Shown: positions 41,635 to 48,854 of the stretch, piece after piece
Layout of the letters: every line of letters starts with the position of its first letter
Position numbering within the stretch: the stretch's first letter is position 1
NCBI RefSeq assembly: GCF_000281045.1
Contig: NW_008246068.1
Coordinates: forward strand, 1,427,628-1,476,481
Direction: 5' to 3'
Source of the DNA: Saprolegnia diclina VS20
Taxonomy: Eukaryota
Length of the DNA stretch: 48,854 bases
Translations under genes and position numbers: made by a program
Notes under the pieces: generated by a model
Databases searched by the model: none
Seen by the model: the letters and a program-made list of their open reading frames with translations, nothing else
Told to the model about the DNA's origin: nothing

Positions 41635-43299
41635 TTAAACTGTCGTCGTATGAAGGCAAATCATGTCCTCACTCCTCGCCGAGTAACGCTTGCTGGAGAG
41701 CGCGTCGCCGAAATCAACGAGAATCGGGTCTTCCGATAGGTGCTTCTCGAGCTGGCGTGCGACGGCGCCGCGGCTCGAGAGGCTTGGGAATGTGTCGTCC
41801 GGCGCGAGGGGCGAGACGCTCAAATCGATTTGCGAGAAGCGGAGACGGTCGTCGTCTTCGTCGTGACTTTGCGACGTTGTCATAAGGAGCTCTTCCAGCA
41901 AGTCGTCTTCAATGAGCTTGATCCGAGGTTTGATGCTCGGTGGTGACGCACGTCGCCGCATGCGCTCTGCGCGATCCAGGGGTTTGTACCCGACGCTGCT
42001 ATCGCCGCCCATCTCGGCAATCGGTTGACAAGGACGCCGGCTGGGCGTCGCGGCGTGCAGTGGCGTGCCGCACTCCGAGTCAGAAAAGTCAAAGTACGAG
42101 CTGCTACCGCGCTGAAGACGGCTGCTTGACGCTGACGAAGACAGTGGCGCCATGTTGATGCTCCAGACGCGCCGCCGGGAGGATGGCGTCGGGTCGGACA
42201 CGGCCATGTCCATGGGTGCGCTGTGGCTGCGCCCAGTGCCCCGGTGCACGAGGGTGTGGCTCTCGAACGCGCAGCGGGTGCAACTGCGCACGGTTGCGTG
42301 CCGCACGACGTCGCCGTTGGCCAGCATTGGGTAGTCGAGGTCCATGGCGCACGAGCACGTGCCACAGACCGCGTGGCCGCAGAGGCGGCAGTGATGCCGC
42401 CGCCGAAAGAGGCGGAACGTGACAGCGCATTGGGCACAAGCGCGCGAGTGCGCCCACTCTTCCCGGGGTATGAGCTGGATGGTGCCACGACGGGCGACTC
42501 GGCTGAGCTCGGTCGTTGCGCCCGACACAAGACCCTGCAGCCATCGCTCGACACTGTTCGTGGTTGTATTGCCTGCGAGCGAGAGAACCATGGTGACACG
42601 CACGACGTTTTCGTTGAATCCACGATCGCTGACCGTTGACTCGACATAGACACCAGACGAGCGGAGGTCGAGACGAGGTGTCGGGTGGCGCGACGGCACT
42701 GGCTCAAGCGACCGCAGGATCGTCGTCGACTCCCACACGTGGCTGCCTGCCACGACGGCGGGCGAGAATGTCGGTGTCGCCAAGAGCTCCATGGCGTCGG
42801 TTGCGTCTGGCTCGTAGTACTGCGTATGGGACGTGAACACCGCATCGCACTCGGCCATGTCGCCCATGTTTTGGCCACCGAGAAGTGCCAGCCAGTGCAC
42901 GTGCACACCGTCGCTGTCTTCCACGGGCTTGGCAGCGGCGTGCAGCGTCATGCCGTCTGCAAAGGCCTTTCCAAACAGCATGCGCATGGTTTTGGCCAAT
43001 GCCGGCGTCGAGTCAACGGCCAGCGCCGCGAGCACGTCCTGGACCGTCCCAGGCACCAGCGTCACGGCCTTGGCGACGTAGCGTCCGTGAACGCGGCCCT
43101 CGAAGAGCTGCACGCGCCGGTCATCGCCGAGGTACGTGAACGCACTCGTAATCTTGGGCGACGTGCAGAACGCGACAAAGGTGGCGCTGGATTCCCGCGC
43201 GGCCGTCACGAGGCGAGTGCGCACCGTGGGATCCATCGGCGCCTTCTCGAGCAGCTGCAGGCGATGGGCAAACGCAGCATTGCGCGCCGATGTGGCCAT
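41635..43299 (-). CDS. START-like domain + FYVE zinc finger protein
   Basis: RVQLFEG, HVHWLAL, CDAVFTSH, HVWESTT and SGVYVE, then LIPREEW...CAQCAVTFRLFRRRHHCRLCGHAVCGTC...RSCTRC. Confidence 0.9.
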   Translation of the reverse strand: MATSARNAAFAHRLQLLEKAPMDPTVRTRLVTAARESSATFVAFCTSPKITSAFTYLGDDRRVQLFEGRVHGRYVAKAVTLVPGTVQDVLAALAVDSTPALAKTMRMLFGKAFADGMTLHAAAKPVEDSDGVHVHWLALLGGQNMGDMAECDAVFTSHTQYYEPDATDAMELLATPTFSPAVVAGSHVWESTTILRSLEPVPSRHPTPRLDLRSSGVYVESTVSDRGFNENVVRVTMVLSLAGNTTTNSVERWLQGLVSGATTELSRVARRGTIQLIPREEWAHSRACAQCAVTFRLFRRRHHCRLCGHAVCGTCSCAMDLDYPMLANGDVVRHATVRSCTRCAFESHTLVHRGTGRSHSAPMDMAVSDPTPSSRRRVWSINMAPLSSSASSSRLQRGSSSYFDFSDSECGTPLHAATPSRRPCQPIAEMGGDSSVGYKPLDRAERMRRRASPPSIKPRIKLIEDDLLEELLMTTSQSHDEDDDRLRFSQIDLSVSPLAPDDTFPSLSSRGAVARQLEKHLSEDPILVDFGDALSSKRYSARSEDMICLHTTTV

Positions 43300-45559
43300 G
43301 GCCGACGTCTTGGGTCGCCGCTTGAAAAAGTCCTACCAGAGCGACATGGTTCACATGACAGCAGCACACATCGTGGACGTACTACCATCGCCGCCTTCCT
43401 TTCGAAATGACCTTGGTGCACGCAGCCGAGACGCCTCGCGCAGTAACGCTGGTGTCGAGTCCCGCGGACGGGCCACCACGTGGCACCGGCGAACCCAGCT
43501 GCCGCGCCGCATTGCGAGACGGCGCACTTCCGTGTCAAGATTGGTTAGATAAGACATGCTTGTTAAAAACGGCCAACTTCGAAAACATGCCCTTTGTGAC
43601 GCCAGCTGAAAAAAGCCACGGGTGAATCGGCATCTACCACGACCTTCAAGTGCGTTCGCACTTCCGCGCCCCACTTCCTCGTCCCGCAGGTCGTAGCAAA
43701 AGCGAGCCTGATATGTTGGCAATGTATTAAATAAGATGCGGGAAATAATTTCTCACGTGTGATGCTATCACAACCAAGGGTGACCAACGCGGTACCAAAG
43801 CTGGCTCTGGGCCCGACGACGACGCATCGCCCAGACGTCACGCCGCAGAGCTATAATTGCACGCGGGACACTACCATTGCTATGCATGGACGGTGCATCG
43901 CGATGCGATGAGATGCACAATGGCGTATCCGTTTCAGATGAATGGAGAAGCATGCCAATGGCTAGCTCGATTCTCAACCGGCATTCGAGTTATCAGCAGA
44001 GTTGCTGCAGATCGAACGGCATAGCAACACAATTCGAGTGTTGATAGTCTTAAGACAATACGTACTGTTCTAATAGCAGTACACGCCAACATGTATGAAG
44101 TACGCCGTCTACGGGACATTGTTGACCTGGTCCGCTGTCTTTACAACACCTACCATTGAGGTGGGCGGCCACCCACGCGCGATCGATGTCTGGGCAACGG
44201 GAGCCAAGGGAGCCAACGAGAAGGGGTATTGAAAACGCAGAGATTATGAAGGGTGCTTTGTAGCGCTATACGAACTATGTGTACGTACCGGTACTAGCAC
44301 GATGAGTCGACCGTTGTGGTCTATCCAAGCTCGTCTCGTTGGTCATCAAGCAATATTTAGGAGTGATTCTTATTGGCTCGTTGACATCGTACTTCACGTG
44401 TACTATTCGATAAAGTTCGACCCACCATCACTCTTTCCGCGCTTGAAGTTGAAGCAACAGCCAAATTGGGGTGGAAGACTCAGGAGAGCTGCAGCAGACA
44501 TTAATGGCTGCCAAGCCAATGCAAAGTCGATTGACGTGTCTCTACAACCCAGACCTATGTATTTGTTGGAACTTTAAATTGGTGCATCATCGTTTTAACG
44601 AGCGAGAGATCGGGGCTTCTGCAGCAATCCAACTTTGTGCGATTGCGCCTCGTGGTGGACTACCGGGTATCCAATGTCTGTGCACCCACATGGTCTACGA
44701 TGTCGGCGGTCGTTTTTCTCGCACTCGTCTCACTCTGCGTCATAGCAATTCGAGGCAGCTGCAGCGAGTCAGCCCGGCAAGCTCATGGTAATAATAGCTC
44801 CGTCGCTCGGGACACAATAATATGGCGCGCCTTTGCGATAGCTCCCGCTGGCTGTCTCGGTTGGGTACGAAGACAATGGTCCACGATGCAAGCCGTGCAC
44901 CAACGCTGCGCTTACTTGAAGTAGTACCACGTCAAGACCTGCTCACTTCAACGCGGCTTTGTCGAGCTTCTTCCGCGAATCGATTGGCGTTTCTGGTCTG
45001 GTTCGTTGCTTGGCGCGCGAAATATTGATACCGTCGCTTGGTCGTTCACAGGTGCACGTACCCATCACCATACTACGCCTCGCGATCAACCTCGCAGACG
45101 TCTTCGCGAAGTCGTCGAGGATATCTTTCCACGCAATTGCCTCTGTTCGCGCGCAGCTGGTCGACCTAATTTTGCATTCCCAGTTTCCCACCAAGAGTAT
45201 GACCCACTTTGAGCCAATCACAGGCAACGTCTGACGTTCATTGCGGCGACCACGTTCATTAGGGCCCATGGCCCCATGCCCCATGATTGGGCCCTCGTCT
45301 CGATCAAGCCATTCGCTTGGGTAGCGCGACGCACCACCGCAAGCGACGACGACGCGTGCCGTTGTGCTATTTCCTGCGACCCAGAGACGTCTTGAACCAG
45401 TCCCGCGGGTTTGCACTTTCTAAAAGTTGCGTGTTCGCCGCGACCACCTGGCCGTCGTATGACGTTCAGTATACTTGACGTACCACGGCCGTTCGTTGAA
45501 GCTGCTTTTTGGCTGATTACGGAGGTTCATTGCTCATCACTCCATCTGCAGCACAAAGG

Positions 45560-47212
45560 ATGCTCGTATCAGCGCAAGTGACTTCGACGCAGACTTGGAG
45601 CTTCCAGGACCTGCGCGGCCAGGTTGACGCCAAAGACTCGGACGACCACAAGCTTTTCAAGCGCGCCGTGCGACGGCTCTCAAAGGACCCCGTCCGCCTC
45701 GATGAAGAGCTCGTTCTGGGCGCAGAACGCCGCGGGCAGGACCTCTTGGCTGCCAACACGACGCATATTGACACAACGCTTGTGCACACGCACGAAGCGC
45801 ACGGCATCAAGATTTACGAGCGCCGGACCAACGACGCGGTGCTGCTGCACGGCGCAACGTCCGTCTCGGGGTCGGTCGACAGCATCATGGACCTCTTTGA
45901 CTTGGGCACGACGGACGCGTTCGAGGCCACGATGCGTCAAGTGCTACCCGGCCTTTTCTACGAAGGAGCTACGATTGGCGTCGGCGGCGCCACAAACGTC
46001 CACTGGATGTCGCTCTACGGTGAGCAGACGTCGGACGCGGTCCGGCACGACATGGTGTTTCTGTCGTGCGCCACGCGCTACGAGACGCTGCGAGGCGCCG
46101 CCGTTCCGACGAGCGACGTCNNNNNNNNNNNNNNNNNNNNNNNNNNNNNNNNNNNNNNNNNNNNNNNNNNNNNNNNNNNNNNNNNNNNNNNNNNNNNNNN
46201 NNNNNNNNNNNNNNNNNNNNNNNNNTTCAAGGCGCGACACACACAGTGCTATCGGCGATACATCTCGCGCTCAGGCTTCACGGTGGAGAGCTCGGACCTC
46301 GACGAGAACGTCTGCCGCGTTACGTTCACGCTGGAGCTCACTCAGGTGGACCCGAACAACATGCCACTGCGGCACTGGATGGAGCACGCGGTCGTGACGG
46401 CGCTCTCGAACCTCACAACGCAGTGCCGGTCAGTGAACCTCAAGCTCGTTCCGCGGTCGCTCTGGACCGAAGAGAGCAAGTGCCATCTTTGCAAGAAGGG
46501 TTTCAACATCTTCCACTTACTTCGTCGCCGACACCATTGCCGCCTCTGTGGCCACTCGATTTGCAACGAGTGCTCGACGTTCGTGACAATCGAGTCGGAG
46601 GGCATGGCGCAAAAGTCGACGCGCCTCGACTCGACTCGCAGCTGTCTCCTCTGCGCCTTCACCGAGACGCCCAAGCCACAAAAACAGCACACTGTCCTTG
46701 TTGATGACCGTGGTAGTCTGGCGACGACGAGTCGCAGCAGCAACGAAGACCATCGGCCGTCGCGCTACGATCTTGGGCGCAAGAGCAGCCATCCGCACAT
46801 GTCGTCGTCCGTGTCGACGACGTCGTCGTCCCCGCGCATGAGCTTCCGACGATCGATGATCCAGATGCCATCAGGCCTCGAACGGACGTCGTCAGTACTA
46901 TCGCTCACCGAGAGCCTGGCCAAGACGAGTCCGACGACTGCAAGCGAGAGCACAAGTGTAGTTTCTTTTGAGCGTCGGGCGCGCCGTGCCGCGATGAAGG
47001 AGCGATCGTACTCGCTCGTCGAGTCGGCGATGCGGCGCGGCAGTGTCCACGACACACCCGTCCTGCAGCCGATCCAAAGCCACGCGCTCGAGCTCCTTAC
47101 CGAGCTCGGGCTCCTCGACAAACTCTCAGAGCTCGGGGTCGTTGAAACCCGCCCAACGATTGCGTCGTCCGCGTACCTCTCGGCGGAGATGATCGGCCTC
47201 GAGCCGTTGTGA
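45560..47212 (+). CDS. START-like domain + FYVE zinc finger protein (contains a 105-N gap)
   Basis: HGIKIYE, NVHWMSL, RHDMVF and SGFTVE, then LVPRSLW...CHLCKKGF...RRRHHCRLCGHSICNEC...RSCLLC. Confidence 0.88.
   Translation: MLVSAQVTSTQTWSFQDLRGQVDAKDSDDHKLFKRAVRRLSKDPVRLDEELVLGAERRGQDLLAANTTHIDTTLVHTHEAHGIKIYERRTNDAVLLHGATSVSGSVDSIMDLFDLGTTDAFEATMRQVLPGLFYEGATIGVGGATNVHWMSLYGEQTSDAVRHDMVFLSCATRYETLRGAAVPTSDVXXXXXXXXXXXXXXXXXXXXXXXXXXXXXXXXXXXFKARHTQCYRRYISRSGFTVESSDLDENVCRVTFTLELTQVDPNNMPLRHWMEHAVVTALSNLTTQCRSVNLKLVPRSLWTEESKCHLCKKGFNIFHLLRRRHHCRLCGHSICNECSTFVTIESEGMAQKSTRLDSTRSCLLCAFTETPKPQKQHTVLVDDRGSLATTSRSSNEDHRPSRYDLGRKSSHPHMSSSVSTTSSSPRMSFRRSMIQMPSGLERTSSVLSLTESLAKTSPTTASESTSVVSFERRARRAAMKERSYSLVESAMRRGSVHDTPVLQPIQSHALELLTELGLLDKLSELGVVETRPTIASSAYLSAEMIGLEPL
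46121..46225. other. Assembly gap (105 N) inside a CDS
   Basis: Run of N; the reading frame is preserved across it. Confidence 0.99.
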
Positions 47213-47248
47213 GTGGCAACGTTCTTTGTAGACTAATTACCTCAACAA

Positions 47249-48854
47249 CTATTTATGCACGTACGTGCCCTTGATTGCTGGATGCACGCGCAGTGGTACG
47301 AGGACTTCATGAATCTAGTGCATGCATGAGCCACATTTGAGGCGTAGGGGTAGGATAGGGTACTTGCGCCACGTCAAACGGCGCCGTTGAGATGGCCGCG
47401 CGGGCTTCCAGCAGTGCATGTAGCTCCTTAAAGTCCATGCCAATGTTGGCACGCAGCAGCAACTGACACTATGCGGGCTGTGAGAGACTTGAGGTACTAC
47501 GATGTGTTACGTGGAGAATCCAGTCAGCGTCCGAGTCGAAGCCATCCCTGCGCAAACGATTATGCTTGGTCAAGTCAGTTGACATCTACCGGCAGTGTTC
47601 GATTTCTCTCTCAACAGCCAAAAGTTGCTCTTGGAAGTACGCCCAAATCTACGAGGCCATGAAACGCATGCATATTTACAGCACTACGAGACCAGTGGCA
47701 AGTTGTACGCGTTGAACCAATTGTGGTTGATCGATAGCGTCGTCGCCGTGTTCGTCACTTGGTGGTACCAGCCGCTCGGTACGAAGAGCGCTGCCCCCGG
47801 CGGCTACGCCAAGAAATGAATTGTTTGGCTGTTGCATGTTCGTCAGTCTACCTGAAGCACTCGCAAGTGCTTGGCAGTGTGGGCGCGCGGGAACCGGACG
47901 GGATCAATCTCTTGGAAATTGGAAAGGACCACACGACCGAATTTGTCGAGCAACTTTGGTGTCTGAGCACACGCCTGAGACGAGTTGACTCGGTAGCATC
48001 GTTTTCTGACCTCGGACGGCGGGAACAGAAGCCATTCTTTTTGCCCCGTCATGTTGATCGACCAGCTAACATGCTAGGTTGGTAATTGCCACATAAGACA
48101 GCGCTACCTGTACGACTGAAAGACATCATGGTGGAGAGGCGTAAAGGAGCCTCGAGGTCCTGCCCGTGTCGAGTCAAGTACGCTGGGAGCAACGTCGCTT
48201 CGTACCAAGGTACACAAACCGGTAGTCGTCCAGCCCCACGGACGTTGCTGGCAGCGTAGCAGCTTTCTGGTCCCACCACCTAGTAGAAAACGTGGATTCA
48301 AAGTGAGCTACTACGACGTTCGTCGTACCAATTGAGCCAGTCATCGGCAAAGTACTTGGGCGTTCTACCAAGATCAAGTCGTAGAATACTGAGCAAGCGA
48401 TGTAATAGGACGCTACGTATAGATTGCATCTTTTGGGAAATCGCGCGTGAAATGCCAGTCTTTGAGGTAGAGCTGGTCGGCCTCAGCCAGCCCTGACGCG
48501 AGCCAATCCAAATACGTGGCTATGGAGCGTTAGACGCAACCAAATGCAGAATCCGTACCAACGGCAACGTCATCTCGCGACTCGTCGCCGTATTCAATAG
48601 ACTTGCCGACAACCTAGCGTCAGCATCAGCCCTGCGTGGAGAATGACGCGTCGTACAGGAGCTAACGCGTGGCCGTAGCGAGCCTTGAGTATTTCGAGAC
48701 GCAGTCCGGAGCGGTCACACCACTCGACGCGGGCGGGCCAGTCGGTGCCAACGTTGGTGATCACAACCGGCAGGTTCCAAGCCATAAACTCGGCGCAGAA
48801 CGCTTCGTACGACAAGTCGGCAGCATCGATAATCGGCACCGCGCCGTCGTCGTC
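47249..48854 (-). CDS. JMJD4: JmjC-domain 2OG/Fe(II) oxygenase, JMJD4-like; 5' end beyond the window; multi-exon
   Basis: LSYEAFCAEFMAWNLPVVI, YLKDWHF, YFADDWLN, DYRFVYLG, TPLHHDVFQSY, GQKEWLLFPP, LFVPSGWYHQVTN..TLSINHNWFN and QLLLRANIGMDF. Confidence 0.85.

Noticed and set aside
1..48854. Prokaryotic systems (operons, CRISPR, defence islands) and tRNA/rRNA genes
   Set aside because: The sequence is intron-containing eukaryotic DNA; no repeat-spacer arrays or tRNA/rRNA signatures were seen by eye.

Overview
Gene-dense eukaryotic genomic DNA, not prokaryotic. It is GC-rich in coding regions, has many ~40-57 nt spliceosomal introns, and its gene families (START-like+FYVE, M96-like, 7TM-RGS, GH17) point to an oomycete, probably Saprolegniales (inference). 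About 27 protein-coding genes can be modelled. Housekeeping genes include an M20 amidohydrolase, ATP6AP2, AADAT, an Oca6-like pseudophosphatase, a PX-VPS9 GEF, a class I methyltransferase, a transcriptional cyclin, a C2H2 factor, GRHPR, NCAPH2, CCDC93, a GH17 glucanase and JMJD4. There is also a MYND + prolyl-hydroxylase (PHD2-like) gene, a 7TM-RGS gene, a CSRNP-like gene, two spliced micro-genes not resolved by the ORF track, a (GATA)n microsatellite and two assembly gaps. The most striking pattern is five complete (plus one probable partial) divergent START-like/FYVE paralogues. Their unalignable Ser-rich tails converge on an acidic-leucine motif and a C-terminal clathrin-box-like motif, and they sit among other endosomal genes. 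All family assignments come from motif recognition by eye; no searches were run.
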